Origin: Scyliorhinus canicula | Taxonomy: Eukaryota | DNA length: 64,000 nt | NCBI RefSeq assembly: GCF_902713615.1 | Contig: NC_052166.1 | Coordinates: forward strand, 64,814,406-64,878,405 | Reading direction: 5' to 3' | In this document: positions 27,403 through 41,070 of the stretch, one piece after another | Layout of the letters: the number at the start of each line of letters is the position of its first letter | How positions within the stretch are numbered: the first letter of the stretch is position 1 | The notes under the pieces: model-generated | Database searches by the model: none | Told to the model about the DNA's origin: nothing | The model's input: the letters and a program-made list of their open reading frames with translations, nothing else | Made by a program: the position numbers and the translations under genes

Positions 27403-30314
27403 GGAGCCTTTTGAGCCACTCTGCTGCACCTACTTAACCACTTTCCATTTGAGCTCCTTGCCTTCTGCACATCTCGTCTTATCCATCAGGTCATGCTGCC
27501 CACCAGCCCGTCAGCTGGACTGAAGGAGGAGGGTGGCCATTCCTATCCAACAATCCCAAGAAGTGGCCGACGTTGATTCTGACCACGTTGGAGTAATTGA
27601 GTGGGACGCAAGTCCCTAAACAAAAAATGATCTCCATTCCTATCTGTCACAAAATATGCTGAACCAGTACAGATAGTGGGATTTAATTTGAGAAATAGTT
27701 TTGTTGTGACTTCGAAATGTTGTTTCCCGAACCCTTTCAAAACACAGCAATTAAATACCAAAAATATTTGGCAATTAGTCCGTTTTTAAAAAAGGTGACC
27801 GTTTTTCCTCGAGGTGTTGTTTGGCAGTGTTGCTAAACTTTTCTCCCCGTTCCTCAGCCATTTACCAACCAGGGCTAAAGACTGTACGTCACCCTGTGAA
27901 TCTTTTGGCTATTGCACCAAAAGAAATAACTTTTAAATGCTTTTAAAGATTTTATTGTGTTTAGCCCCAAGTGCTTGAGCTGCCCTGTGTGGGCCGAGAT
28001 CAGTTTGTTTTACGCAACCAAAATTGATTCGCCGCTTTGGTCATTAGAAAAGCGCACTAGGTTTTCATTTAATTTTAAAACATTTCAATCGCATAATTGC
28101 CCTCAAGAAAAGGTTGGGTCATTATGTTTTAACAATAAAACAAGATCAAATTCCAATTTAAATGGTGATCAACCCAATTCCAAATCAATGAATCAGCTAT
28201 GACGCCATAGGTAGACACATCAGATACAGTGATGTCTTGCACAGAGTATTGGTGTACCTGTGGGTGTTGGATTTCTCCTGAAATGAAGTAATAGGATGAT
28301 TTTTCTTCTTTTTAGTCTTGTGACATTGTTCATGTTTTCTGATGCTTTCTCTACAAGTCAGGGACTCGACAGTTTGATGCACATAAATGTTCCTTTAATA
28401 ATGCATGTTACGGAGCACTTTTCTTTATAGGCAGGGAGCAGATTCACTCATCTTTATTTAAAAAAAATAAATCACTTTAAAATCTGTGCTTTAAGAAGAA
28501 AAATCTAACGTGTTTTACCCTGTACCATCCAAACACTTGCTAAAAGGCTGGCTTTAAATGCTCAGAGAAAAACCTTCAAGCCGAGTGGCGTACTGTTGTA
28601 ATAACAGAAACCTCGTCAGAAATTGCTCTGAAGAAACATCCATTCTGAGTGCTGTATCGGCTAATTGCAGAGACTAGTGATGCACCACTTAAACCAAGCA
28701 ATGGATGACTATTTGACTATTAAATTGTTACCCAGCTGCTCAGAGCGTGGGTGGGCAAGTCCTGCCTTTGCAAAATTTCTGATGTTTTCCTTATAGCTGA
28801 ATTATATTCCAAATGCAGGCAGCTGGTTCTAAAACTGGAACTTTTCTCAAAACCCATTGGTAAGTGGCCTTTAGTACAGGCCTCTTCCTGCTTTGAAACA
28901 AGGTTCCTGTAAACCGTCAGCGTTGAAAATGAGTTATTTTTCCAGAATTGGTTCTGGGACAGTGGAGCGGAATTTGCTGTCCCATTTCTCTTGAGTGATG
29001 TGTTAAGGAAGTGGCCACAGATTTCTGCTGCACAGCATTAACAGCCAACTCTTTTTCTGAATGATATTGTGCTGTGCCAACGCTCAATTCTTATCTCAGC
29101 GATGAGAATTGAACGTTTCAGTAATGCAGCATTCTACATGCTTGTTGCTGGCCTGTAGGGCTGTGAGGGCATATCCAAATCTTGGGACTTTTCAGTCCTG
29201 AGCCTGTATGTTGTGAGCAGCATCTGTCACCTCTGATGGAACGAGTGACTCCAAGGAGCCTAGAAGCTGTAGCTCTTTAACGTCATTTCCTGTTCATGTC
29301 AGACATCCTGGCATTGGTAAGCTATGCACTTTGAAGACTTGTACATTTCCTACACTATTCTTGTCGTCTTGCTTATTGCATGCCACCCGTGAATATTGTG
29401 GCTCAGTTTGACGTAATGTGAACGGTTAACTTGTCCACTATCTGTATCTGTGGTATATTAAGGCCTAAAATACAAAGGCTGTGGTGAATCTTATCTCCTG
29501 ACTTTTGTACTGTTTTAATAACTGTTCTGTGACGGCTAGCGTAAGGAAAACTCTTGCTTAACTTATTTTTTTGAATGCAGAGCCAAAATTAACACTTCAC
29601 CTGCTGGGGTATGAGTTCAGTTACAGAGACTGGTTCGCAAAGGACTAAACACACCTCCTTCAAGCTCTTACAGTCAGCATATTTGTTTTTTTTTTAATCT
29701 TTCTGGGCATTTGTTCAGCAACTTGATGAGCAACTTGCTTGAAGAAATGAACTAAATCCCATTTATTCAAGTTCTATAGGTCTTCCCTGTTAATGATTTT
29801 GTACTCCTCCACACCAGCACTGGGATGCTGTGTAAGGCGCCACACTCATGTTTTACTGTAAGGGCACAATCTCTGTTTCATGCTGGTCTGCCAAAGTGGG
29901 TGCCTGTCCACAGTGCGCTCAATAAAGTCCCAGGACAATGAAGTGGGATGTTTGCATGCTCTCCGTTGTTTTGAAGTAATAACATTGTTACATGTGTGGA
30001 GCACGAGGCAAGAGCTGCTTAATCTAAGCACCAACCTCATTGAACTTCAATCCTCCTGCTCAATGCCTGTTGACTAAATTACAAACAGCTTCCTGAACCC
30101 CAACGCTCTGATTTGATCTCACCACCGTTCTGTTTAATTTGGCACCTGACTATAGATCTGAGAGATTTCTCACCCTGTCTGTTTTCGACAACATAGACAG
30201 CCTTTTGAATATTGAATTGGGGCACGTTTATTGCAGACAGGCAGCTCCGTATGTCTGCAGGAATTTCCATAGAAAAACGTTACTCAGACTGAGCTCCATG
30301 CACATCAGAGATCA

Positions 30315-30650
30315 GGGGTGGCACAGTGGTTAGCACTGCGGTTAGCACTGCTGCCTCACAGCACCAGGGACCTGGGTTCGATTCCGGTCTCGGGTGACTG
30401 GAGTTTGCACTTTCTCCCCGTGTCCTCGTGGGTTTCCTCCGGGTGCTCCTGCTTCCTCCCACAGTCCAAAGACGTGCAGGTTAGACGGATTGGCCATGAT
30501 AAATTGCCCCTCAGTGTCCAAAAGGATAGGTGGGGTTACTGAGTACGGGGATAGGGTGGAGGTGTGGGCTTAAGTAGGGTGCTCTTTTCAAGGGTCGGTG
30601 CAGACTCAATGGGCCGAATAACTCCCTTTTGCACAGTAAATTCTAGGATT
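30315..30650 (+). mobile_element. V-SINE type A
   Basis: Same modules. Confidence 0.8.
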
Positions 30651-32373
30651 GTGCACGTATCATTCTAATGTGCGTGTGTGCGCAGTACCACAGCCCTTTC
30701 TTGTATTGGTTCTTTCATCAAAAGAAGTTAATGTTCAGGAACTGTTGAAAAGCCAACGTTTTTAAGCACCCACAAAACCAGCAGATCAAGTGTTAAAATT
30801 GAATGAGTTTTATTGTGTTTTAATAACATTTGATGATTGATGATCAAGTTGTTCAGTTAATCATAGTTCAGAGTGAATTCACTATGAACAGTTTTCTAAT
30901 GAGATACTTTTCTAGCAGTTTTTCCTGTTTTTACTTGCTGTTTTAGGAGTTAGGATCACATGTTACTGCAGATCTTGCTGACCAAGCTTCACTTTGTACA
31001 TAACTTTAAATGCAGGGATTCCAAACTAAATTGCCACCAACTTGCAGCTCCACTTACCTGTGGCTTGCTGTTGCCATTGAAAGAGCCAATTTTACCCAAC
31101 CAAAGCAGAAAGTCTTGGTAACTGAGACTTGAAGCAGTAGTCTTTTCATTTCTTTTTATCCCCCCCATTCCCCATGACTCTTCCCTCTTAATTTTCTACT
31201 TTCATGTCATTCCCTATTTGCAAAGATAGTCGGTGATCTACCACCAGGCTTGTACCCTTGCCTTTGGTCCCCCCCGGTCTCCCCTCCCCCCACTTGCTGC
31301 CACTCCATAGCGTAGCAATATTCAAGTGCCAACCCACCATGTCACTAATAAGGTCCCTTTCTAAGTGGTCTTGCCGCCTGGGAATTGGGACAAGAGCGGG
31401 CTTGCAAAGCGGTCTGCACCCTCACGGTTGCACTTTCTCACGCGGCCTTGTGAAACAAGTAACTTTGAAAGGAAGGCGGGGCTTTCTAAATATGAGAAAA
31501 CAACACGTTAGCCTTCTTGTGAAATGAGATTGCATCACGCCAGGAACCTGGAGTTCCTGAAATACCGCTAATACGGTGAAAGAACCTCACTCTCTTTGGA
31601 CATTGTTTGTAAGGTTGCTTTACTCAGTACATGAGAAAAATACTTTAGTAACCATTAAAAGAGCTCAGGTACACTGCTTCGTCCTCTTCCGCCGCCCCCC
31701 CCCCCCATTCCCTCAAGTCATATTCAATTCCTTTTTCTGCCAATCAAATATTGATCACAGCTTTTAAAAGAGAATAATATTTGGTGATTGCTTTTATTTG
31801 TAAAGCTGTCCAAAATTGACCACTGTTGCAGGAGCTGTGTGTGTGTGTGTTTTTTTTTAAAGCTGTTTCTGAATTGTCTTGATTATTTTTTGCCATGCAT
31901 CGCTGTGCTCACAACCAGCAGGCTGGTTGTTTGCTGTGCTCTTGACAGTGGGAGGATGGCCCATAAGCACGGGCATCTTCCCCGGTGTGACGTTAGAAAA
32001 TGTGTTTAGAATATTACACGTTGGTGTCGATCGTGTTTAAATTTTCTTTTTTTTTTTAAAGAGACTGCTTTTTCTTTTTGGTATTAGCGCAAGAGAGTTT
32101 ATATCGGACTGTTGTAACCTCTGATTAAAGACATTTGCATGATGGAATGCCGTCTGGCCACACTGACGAAGGCAGTCTCGCTGCCCAGTTAGGTTAAAGG
32201 TCATTAGTTGAAATGTGAAATGTCGAGGCACCCCCCCCCCCCCCCCCCCCCTGCTTTAGTTAGCAAGGTATATCCACAACCGATGCAAAACAAGGTTTTT
32301 CTGGATCATGAATTTGGGGTTTTACAGCAGCAATTGAATGCAGTCACTCCGGAATGTTAAAATGAGTGGTGCC

Positions 32374-32602
32374 AGGGCAGCATGGTGGCGCAGTGGTTAG
32401 CCCTGCTGCCTCACGGCGCCGAGGTCCCAGATTCGATCCTGGCTCTGCTCACTGTGTGGAGTTTGCACATTCTCCCCGTGTTTGCGTGGCTTTCACCCCC
32501 ACAACCCAAAGATGTGCAGGCTAGGTGGATTGGCCACACTAAATTGCCCCTGAATTGGAAAAAATTAATTGGGTACTCTCAATTTATATTAAAAAAATAA
32601 AT
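32374..32602 (+). mobile_element. V-SINE type B
   Basis: 14-bp TSD AAATGAGTGGTGCC (32360-73 / 32603-16). Confidence 0.9.
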
Positions 32603-33069
32603 AAATGAGTGGTGCCTGTAGCTAATTGTACCGGTTATATGAAGAGCACAGTGTGCTCATTCTATAATGCGTGAATCGATCAAAGCTGCATTAGTTAGAT
32701 ATCCCTGTTTGGACTGGGAATGGATGGGAAGGTCAAACAATATAAACTTTAAATGATATTTAAACCAAATCAAACCTAAAGCCTGTAACCCCTTTGCTCC
32801 TTTAATTTTTGTAAGATCTCTCCCTGTTCCCACTTCCATGATTGGCAGCTATAATGAGCCTGCTCAGTATACATTTCCATCGCACAACAGACCGGTGCGA
32901 TTACTCGCTGTCTGATGGGAAGTCCTGAATTTGCAGAATTCCTTGCTTGTATCCTTTAAATACAACTAAAATCAGCCATGGAATCGGACACAAAGACAAC
33001 ACATTCCAAAAATCTATTATGATTGTCATCTGTTTCAAACTAATCCATACAACTGGAGTAACTGAATGT

Positions 33070-34215
33070 TGTCTGTGTGTGTCTCTGTGTGGCGCTGTGT
33101 GTGTGTGGCGCTGTGTGTGTGTGGCGCTGTGTGTGTGTGGCGCTGTGTGTGTGTGGCGCTGTGTGTGTGTGGCGCTGTGTGTGGGGGGGGCGCTGTGTGT
33201 GTGGGGGGGGCGCTGTGTGTGTGGGGGGGGGGCGCTGTGTGTGTGGGGGGGGCGCTGTGTGTGTGGGGGGGGGCGCTGTGTGTGTGGGGGGGGCGCTGTG
33301 TGTGTGGGGGGGGGCGCTGTGTGTGTGGGGGGGGCGCTGTGTGTGTGGGGGGGGCGCTGTGTGTGTGGGGGGGGCGCTGTGTGTGTGGGGGGGGCGCTGT
33401 GTGTGTGGGGGGGCGCTGTGTGTGTGGGGGGGGGCGCTGTGTGTGTGGGGGGGGGCGCTGTGTGTGTGGGGGGGGCGCTGTGTGTGTGGGGGGGGCGCTG
33501 TGTGTGTGGGGGGGGCGCTGTGTGTGGGGGGGGGGCGCTGTGTGTGTGTGGGGGGGGGCGCTGTGTGTGTGTGGGGGGGGGCGCTGTGTGTGTGTGGGGG
33601 GGGGCGCTGTGTGTGTGTGGGGGGGGGCGCTGTGTGTGTGGGGGGGGCGCTGTGTGTGTGGGGGGGGGCGCTGTGTGTGTGGGGGGGGCGCTGTGTGTGT
33701 GGGGGGGGCGCTGTGTGTGTGGGAGGGGCGCTGTGTGTGTGGGGGGGGCGCTGTGTGTGGGGGGGGGCGCTGTGTGTGTGGGGGGGGCGCTGTGTGCGTG
33801 GGGGGGGCGCTGTTGTGCCTGCCTGTGTGGGTGTGTGTGTGTGTGGCGCGCTGGGGTGTGGCGCGCGGTGTGTGGGGGGGGGTGGGGGGGGGGTGTGGCG
33901 CGCTGTGTGGGGGGGTGTGGGGGGGGGTGTGGCGCGCTGTGTGTGGGGGGGGTGTGGCGCGCTGTGTGTGGGGGGGTGTGGCGCGCTGTGTGTGGGGGGG
34001 TGTGGCGCGCTGTGGGGGGGGTGTGGCGAGCTGTGTGTGGGGGGGGTGTGGCGCGCTGTGTGGGGGGGGGTGTGGCGCGCTGTGTGTGGGGGGGGTGTGG
34101 AGCTGTGTGGGTGTGGCGCTGTCTGCGAGCGTGTGTGGGTGTGGCGCTGTCTGCGAGCGTGTGTGGGTGTGGCGCTGTCTGCGAGCGTGTGTGGGTGTGG
34201 CGCTGTCCGTGTGAG
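33070..34215 (+). repeat. GGCGCT(GT)n(G)n minisatellite
   Basis: Units of ~16-28 bp; + strand almost free of A. Confidence 0.95.
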
Positions 34216-35411
34216 CGTGTGTCTCCCCTCTGGGTGTCCTGGTTTAACTGAAGCAGATATTTTTGTGTTGAGATTCTGGATCTTCACTAGAATGGAAAAA
34301 ATTGAAGTAACCTTAAATGGGAGGAGAGGAGGGGTTGGGGGGAAATCATTCAAAAAGAGCTGAGTTAAACCCCGTCAGACAGCCCATTTCCTGTGGAAAA
34401 GCATATTGCTAAAGCCATGTCAGTGACGGTGCTGGACACTCGACTTTGACAAGCAGGAAATGAGGAAAATTGAAATTCGCCGTGCGTTCCATAAAGTACT
34501 TGCTGCAGATCATGGCCCATTGACAAGAGTAACATAGGTTCACACAGGGGTGAACTCTACAGCACCTTGTTTATCCCAGCACCTTGTTACCAATGAGATG
34601 CTTTTATTACTAAATATCGAATTGCCTCTTGGATGAATTATTGTTGCATTTCCCTTTTGAAATATTTTTTGAGATTTCCCTACTTTTTTTATATGGGAGC
34701 TTATAGGAACCTTGTAGATTCTCTCAATGTTCCAACTAACGAGCAGCATCGCCTCATCTGGATTGATTTTGATGGTATTTGATGTTGACTCTTTAGTATT
34801 TTTCCTTAATCAGCAGCTTGTTAAATGCCAGCAGCATAAACCCACATAGGACCTCTGAAGGTGGCAACGTACCTGTTAACCTGACCAGGTAGCACATTCA
34901 TTACAACAATTACTAATGATCTTAGTCAACTCCTTTAACCAACTGTATTCGGGCAAATGACGTGTGGCTCCCTGGCACTCTATTTGCCTTAAGTAAATCT
35001 GTATATTTCTGAAAGGGATTTGAAGCTATGCATTGGGAGATTAGGCACTCCTTTTAATGGATTCTACATTTTATGAAGTGACCAAACTCTGAACTAAAGC
35101 TAAATGATGACGAGAGATTTTTATGATTTTGTTAAAAGTAAAGGTGTTACAGAATGTATTCCGAATGATATATTTAGACACTTATTTTTGTGATCCTACG
35201 GAGGTGGGTGTACAGGTTTCTTAAAAATAAATGCCCAGAGGATGTGGAATTTATAGAAATGTTTATCAGCTGGAATATTGTATAACATTTAGATATGTTT
35301 AGAATGCACAATGTACTGTAATTGGTAAAAAGATATTTGTATTAAGGTTATTTGTTTCATATTTTCAAGTGTAACTATAGGAGCAGTATCATGTAATACT
35401 GTTTTCTGGGA

Positions 35412-35446
35412 AATAAATGATATTGGGTACCTCTATTAACAATAAA
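35412..35446 (+). terminator. Candidate distal poly(A) signals of FAM102A
   Basis: AATAAA at 35412 and 35441 ending an AT-rich UTR-like stretch and followed by a T/GT-rich tract; repeat density jumps right after. Confidence 0.5.
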
Positions 35447-35577
35447 ACAGTTATTTTGTGTTTAGTGTGAAGAGTCTTATTTCAAACAAACTTTAGATTT
35501 TTCTGTTTTTCACCTCCCTCAGGAGATGAATGGTTTTGAGGATCGTTTCCCATTCAATATTGTTTAGACTTTTACTC

Positions 35578-36078
35578 TTTTTTTCTTATAAATTTAGAGT
35601 ACCCAATTTTGTTTTTTCAACTAAGGGGCAATTTAGCATGGCCAATCCACCTGCCCTGCACAACCCTTGGGCTGTGGGGGAGAAACCCACGCAGACACGG
35701 GGAGAGGTTCAGACTTTTGCACCTTTCTGACACACCTGTAAATTTTTCATTCCTTACATGGTGTGTGTGGGTGGGGGGGGAGGGGGGGGGGGGGGGTGAT
35801 CTGACATCATTGATTTAAATTGACACTATAGATAATCTGTCGCCAGTGTAACATTGGCATTCTCATCATCAAGCTGCAGAGCAGTGGGTTAGCCCTGCAG
35901 CCTCACAGCGCCGAGGTCCCAGGTTCGATCTGGGTCACTGTCCAGGTGGAGTTTGCACATTCTCCCCGTGTCTGCGTGGGTTTCGCCCCCCACAACCCAA
36001 AGATGTGCCGGGTAGGTGGATTGGCCATGCTAAATTGCTAATTAATTGGGTACACTAAATTTATTAAAATAAAATAAA
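35578..36078. mobile_element. Two type B V-SINEs (minus partial 35578-35706; plus 35878-36078)
   Basis: Same modules. Confidence 0.7.
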
Positions 36079-36079
36079 G

Positions 36080-36590
36080 CTTTACAGTAGCCTTTGGGCC
36101 ATCTTGTTTGTGCCAGCTATCAAGCACCTATCTACTCTAATCCCAATTTCCTGCACTCAGCCCAAAGCATTGTATGCTATGGTGTTTCAAGTATTTATCT
36201 AAATGCTTCTTAAATATTGAGGGTTAAGGCTCCTGCTACCCCTTCAGGCAAAGATTTCTGGATTCACACCCTCCTCTGTTTGCTTGGAGGGGGAAGGAAT
36301 CCTTTCTCAATCTCCTGCCCCGGCCTGTAACTCTGTCTGGTTATTGACAATTAAAGGGAAAGGTTTCTTCCCATCTATGTTCCTCAGTCAGGTCCCCCCC
36401 TCGGCCTTCTCTGCTCGAAGGAAATCGTCCTGATAACTCTCCACTGAACCCTAGTGCAATCACATCCTTGTGGTGACCAGAACTGCACCCAGTACTCTAG
36501 CTGTGGCCTAACCTGTGTATTAAACAGCTCCGTCATAACCTCCCTCCTCATATTCTATGCCTCAGCTAATAAAGGCAACTGTCCTTATAA
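36080..36590 (-). mobile_element. Degenerate CR1-type LINE fragment
   Basis: gaccagaactgcacccagtactctagctgtggcctaac and other CR1 motifs. Confidence 0.6.
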
Positions 36591-36855
36591 TATAATCTTT
36601 ATTGTCACAAGTAGGCTTACATTAACACCGCAATGAAGTTACTGTGAAAAGTCCCTAGTCGCTACATTCTGACACCTGTTCGGGTACACAGAGGGAGAAT
36701 TCAGAATGTCCAAATTACCTAATAGCACGTCTTTCGGGACTTGTGGGAGGAAACCCATGGCGCCACAGGGAGAATGTGCAGACTCCGCACAGACAGTGAC
36801 CCAAGCCGGGAATCGAACCTGGGACCTTGGAGCTGTGAAGCCACTGTACTGCCCC
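36590..36855 (-). mobile_element. V-SINE type C
   Basis: As 25645. Confidence 0.8.
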
Positions 36856-37375
36856 ATAGTATATGTGTAAAAGCAAATTACTGCGGATGCTGGAATCTGA
36901 AACAAAATACCGGACAGCAGGCCTGACTGCATTTGTGGAGAGAGAGAAGAGAGCTGACGTATTGAGTCTGGATAACTTTGTGAAAGTAAGTGTCGCCTTG
37001 AGCAGCTTATCTACCCCCCTGCTGTTTATTGTGCATACCCTTGTAGTGATCTCTATGTTAAGACAGGATTAGTTAATGTGCAGTCAGATGATCACTGGAT
37101 GGCTTTCCTGCTCTTAGTGTGTGTGGAATTGCAGCTAGATGTTAGACGTGACCAGCTCAGAGTGTAGTATTATTAATTGTTAATTTTAATCTAATGTTAG
37201 TTAATTCTATTACTAGTCAAAAGTATGAAAGTAAAAGAACTCGAGTATATTATTTTGTTACTCAGATAATTTGTCATCAACTGGAAGACTTTGACTGCTT
37301 ATCATCAAGTTAAATAAAACCTGGCAAGGCAAATGAGTAATATTCTATCTCTGCAATATAACAACCCTTACATTT

Positions 37376-38116
37376 GATGCCCTGGGTAGGGTCAATTCCT
37401 CCTCATCTTGCGCCAGGCTCAGCCTGATCCAGTTTAAAGTGTTACACAGGCGCGCATATGACAGGGGCGAGGATGAGTAAGTTTTTGGGGTGGAGGACAG
37501 ATTTGTGAGGTGTTCGAGGAGCCCAGCAAACCACGCCCATATGTTCTGGGCGTGCCCGGCGCTTGCGGAGTTCTGGAAGGGCTTTGCAAAGGTCATGTCC
37601 AAGGTCTTGGACACTCGGGTAAAACCGAGTTGGGGGATAGCGTTATTTGGGGTATCGGAGGATCCGGGAGTGCAGGAGTCGAAAGAGGCCGGAGTTCTGG
37701 CATTTGTAGCCCGGAGAAGGCTCTTGTTATTGTGGAGGGACGCAAAGCCCCCAAGTGTGGAGGCTTGGATCAATGACATGGCGGGGTTTCTTAGGTTGGA
37801 GAAGATAAAGTTTGCCTTGTGAGGGTCTTGCAGGGGTTCTCCAGGCGGTGGCAACCGTTCCTTGACTTGCGGAACGTTAGGCGCAGGTCAACAGCAGCAG
37901 CAACCCGGGTGGGGGGGCTGATTTCATTTCCTTTTTTTTGAAAGGGGCGCTTGCCCTATTTTGTTTTGAGTTGGGTGTTAATTTGTTAAACTGTTTATCG
38001 TTTAGAGGGTTAAGTTCTGTTTGGTTGGCATGTTGCCCTTTTCTCTTTGCATTATTTTTCTTTTTGGAGTGTTCTGTAAAACGTTTTGAAAAACTTTGAA
38101 TAAATACATATTTTTA
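37376..38116 (+). mobile_element. 5'-truncated L1-clade LINE
   Basis: Degenerate CCHC knuckle RFVRCSRSPANHAHMFWACP; AATAAA tail; 13-bp TSD AACCCTTACATTT (37363-75 / 38117-29). Confidence 0.85.
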
Positions 38117-38161
38117 AACCCTTACATTTTGGGAGGGCAAACTAGGCATCATCTCTAACTA

Positions 38162-38478
38162 GGCAGCACGGTAGCATTGTGGATAGCGCAATTGCTTCAC
38201 AGCTCCAGGGTTGCAGGTTCGATTCCGGCTTGGTCACTGTCTGTGTGGAGTCTGCACATCCTCCCCGTGTCTGCATGGGTTTCCTCCCACAGTCCAAAGA
38301 TGTGCAGGTTAGGTGGATTGGCCATGATAAATTACCCTTAGTGTCCAAAATTGCCCTTAGTGTTGGGTGGGGTTATGGTGATAGGGTGGAGGTGTACTTT
38401 GGGTAGGGTGCTCTTTCCAAGAGCTCGTGCAGATTCGATGGGCCGAATGGCCTCCTTCTGCACTGTAAATTCTATAAT
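38162..38478 (+). mobile_element. V-SINE type A
   Basis: Near-identical to the 748-1087 copy. Confidence 0.85.
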
Positions 38479-38644
38479 CTCCCAGTTTTCAGGGTTAGAT
38501 TATGAGCTGGGTTCTCTGGCTAGTATCCTGTCATGGGAGCCCCGGCAGATTGCCTCATTTCAGGCCCAGCGGAATTAGCAGCTCCTGATCCGTGTTAGCA
38601 GGTTATGCTACCTGTGAATCTTCATAGCAAACCTCCAATCCTTA

Positions 38645-39403
38645 CTGAAACATACAGGACACTGCAAGGCTTGGATAGAGTGGACGTGGAGAGAATGTTT
38701 CCACTTGTAGGAAAAAGTAGAACCAGAGGACACCATCTCAGACTAAACAGCGATCCTTCAAAACAGAGATGAGGAATTTCTTCAGCCAGAGGGTGGTGAA
38801 TCTGTGCAACTCTTTGCCGCAGAAGGCTGTGGAAGCCAGATCACTGTCTTTAAGACAGGTAGATAGATTCTTTTTTAAAATAAATTTAGAGTACCCAATT
38901 CATTTTTTCCAATTAAGGGGCAATTTGGCGTGGCCAGTCCACCTACCAGGCACATCTTTGGGTTATGGAGGAGAAACACACGCAGACACTGGGAGAATGT
39001 GCAAACTCCACACGGACAGTGACCCAGAGCCGAGATCGAACCTGGACCCTCGGCGCCGTGAGGCAGCAGGGCTAACCACTGTGCCACCATGCTGCCCGGT
39101 AGATAGGTTCTTGGTTTATAGAACATAGAACAGTACAGCACAGAACAGGCCCTTCGGCCCTCAATGTTGTGCCGAGCCATGATCACCCTACTCAAACCCA
39201 CGTATCCACCCTATACCCGTAACCCAACAACCCCCCCCCCCCCCTTAACCTTACTTTTATTAGGACACTACACGCAATTTAGCATAGCCAATCCACCTTT
39301 ATCAGGGTTATGGGGATGAGAAAAATATCAGCCATGATTGAACGGCGGAGCAGACACGCTGGGCAGAGTGGCCTAATTCTGCTCCTATGTCTTATGGTCT
39401 TAT
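38645..39403 (+). mobile_element. CR1-type LINE 3' end with two nested SINEs (38872-39097, 39117-39298)
   Basis: MRNFFSQRVVNL motif; tail cctatgtcttatggtctta; the first SINE is flanked by GGTAGATAG(A/G)TTCTT. Confidence 0.8.
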
Positions 39404-39679
39404 AATCCTGTCTTGCAGAATGAGACAGCACAGGAAGGCATTCGCTCATTGTTGAACTAATTCTAAAGGATATGCATCCAAGTCTTTGGATTACTGGTCA
39501 CATCATACTCTAAACAAAAAGTTGAATTTAAATTCTTAAAGTGCCAGAGTGGGATTTGAATTCTCTTTGATATTGCTGAAGCTTTCTGTCTCACACTCAA
39601 CAGCACAAACACCAAAATGCCAAATTTCAAACTATCGTAATTCGTGCTACAAAGGAAGATTTATATTGATTGTGGGGGG

Positions 39680-39955
39680 AGGGCACGGTAGCACAGTGGT
39701 TAGCACAGTTGCTTCACAGCTCCAGGGTCCTAGGTTCAATTCCCAGCTTGGGTCACTCACTGTCTGTGCGGAGTGTGCGTTTCTTCCAGGTGCTCCGGTT
39801 TCCTCCCACAGTCCATAAGTGTGCAGGTTAAGTGGATTGGCCATGCTAAATTTCCCTTCATGTCCAAAAAGGTTGGGTGGAGGTGTGTGCTCATTCCAAG
39901 GGCCGGTGCAGACTCGATGGGCCGAATGGCCTCCTTTGCCCTGTAGATTCTATGA
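39680..39955 (+). mobile_element. V-SINE type A
   Basis: Same modules. Confidence 0.8.
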
Positions 39956-40080
39956 AGTCTCCATGGCAATCAGAGCCAACATGCCAACTAATCAATACCA
40001 CAACCCTTTTCTCCACTGGTATAAATTGTGATTGTTTGAAATTTGATGAGCACGAGGTGAAAGGTTTCGGCAACATGTTC

Positions 40081-40086
40081 TTTATT
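40081..40086 (-). terminator. Candidate poly(A) signal of the MRH-domain gene
   Basis: TTTATT on + (AATAAA on -), ~1 kb after the stop, outside recognisable repeats. Confidence 0.35.
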
Positions 40087-40361
40087 TAGCAGTATTGAAA
40101 TCCTGTACTACCCAGCATAACTCGCTCCAACTTTTCAGTTCAGCACCATAACTACTGTCGACCACCCCGATCTCCAGCGACAAGACTGGGAATCTCTGGA
40201 AAGTGTGTCATTATTTCCTTGATTCTCCAATCAAAAAGGTTTGCAAAGCACTAATCTAATGGTCGCCGGGTACAGGCATCTTAGTTACAAGGTTAATCTG
40301 CAAAGGCTCGTTCATGCAAAGGTGATTAGGGGGAGATTTGATTAGAGGTGTTCAGAATAGG

Positions 40362-40558
40362 CAGCACTGTGGTTAACACTGCTACCTCACGGTCCCAGGT
40401 TCGATCCCGGTTCTGTGTCACTGTCCGTGTGGAGATTGTACATTCTCCCTGCGTTTGCGAGGGTTTCGCCCCCACAACTTGTGGATTGACCACGCTAAAT
40501 TGCCCCTTAATTGGGAAAAATAAATGAATTGGGTCTGCTAAATTTAAAATAAAAAAGG
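40362..40558 (+). mobile_element. V-SINE type B
   Basis: 15-bp TSD GGTGTTCAGAATAGG (40347-61 / 40559-73). Confidence 0.85.
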
Positions 40559-41070
40559 GGTGTTCAGAATAGGGCAGGCTTAGATAAGGTCGACAAAGAA
40601 AAAACACTTCACATTAGCCGGCGGCAAAAGTGTGGAATTTTCTGCAGGGGGAAATGGAGAGGAATGGCTTTCTTTTGAACACGGACCTGGACCTGTCTGC
40701 TCACGAGACTTGCAGAAGAAAAACGATCAATGATTTCAACGGTTGTGGGCATTGGTCGCCGGAGAGGTGTGGACTAACTGGATTGCTATGCAGGGGAGCT
40801 GGCAAAGCCTCGATGGGCCAAATGGCGGCCTCCTGTGCTGCCAAGTACTATGTCTGAATTTCCTGTTCTTTTCCTTTCATTCAATCCATGGAGAACTGTC
40901 TTTGGTTCATATTTTGAGGACAGAAATTGAAAAGCAGATTTGGAAAATATCCCCACCTCAGAATAAAACTTGGACACAAACTGTGTTTTGTAGACAAATG
41001 TCCCTCAATACAGTGTGGGAAAAATGAAATCTGACCATTTTACAGCAAATCCACACTGTAGAACTGCAGT

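Noticed and set aside
32947-34363. Four long ORFs (382-437 aa) rich in G/V/C/A or P/H/T
   Set aside because: Translations of the A-free minisatellite; stops are absent by composition and all frames are open
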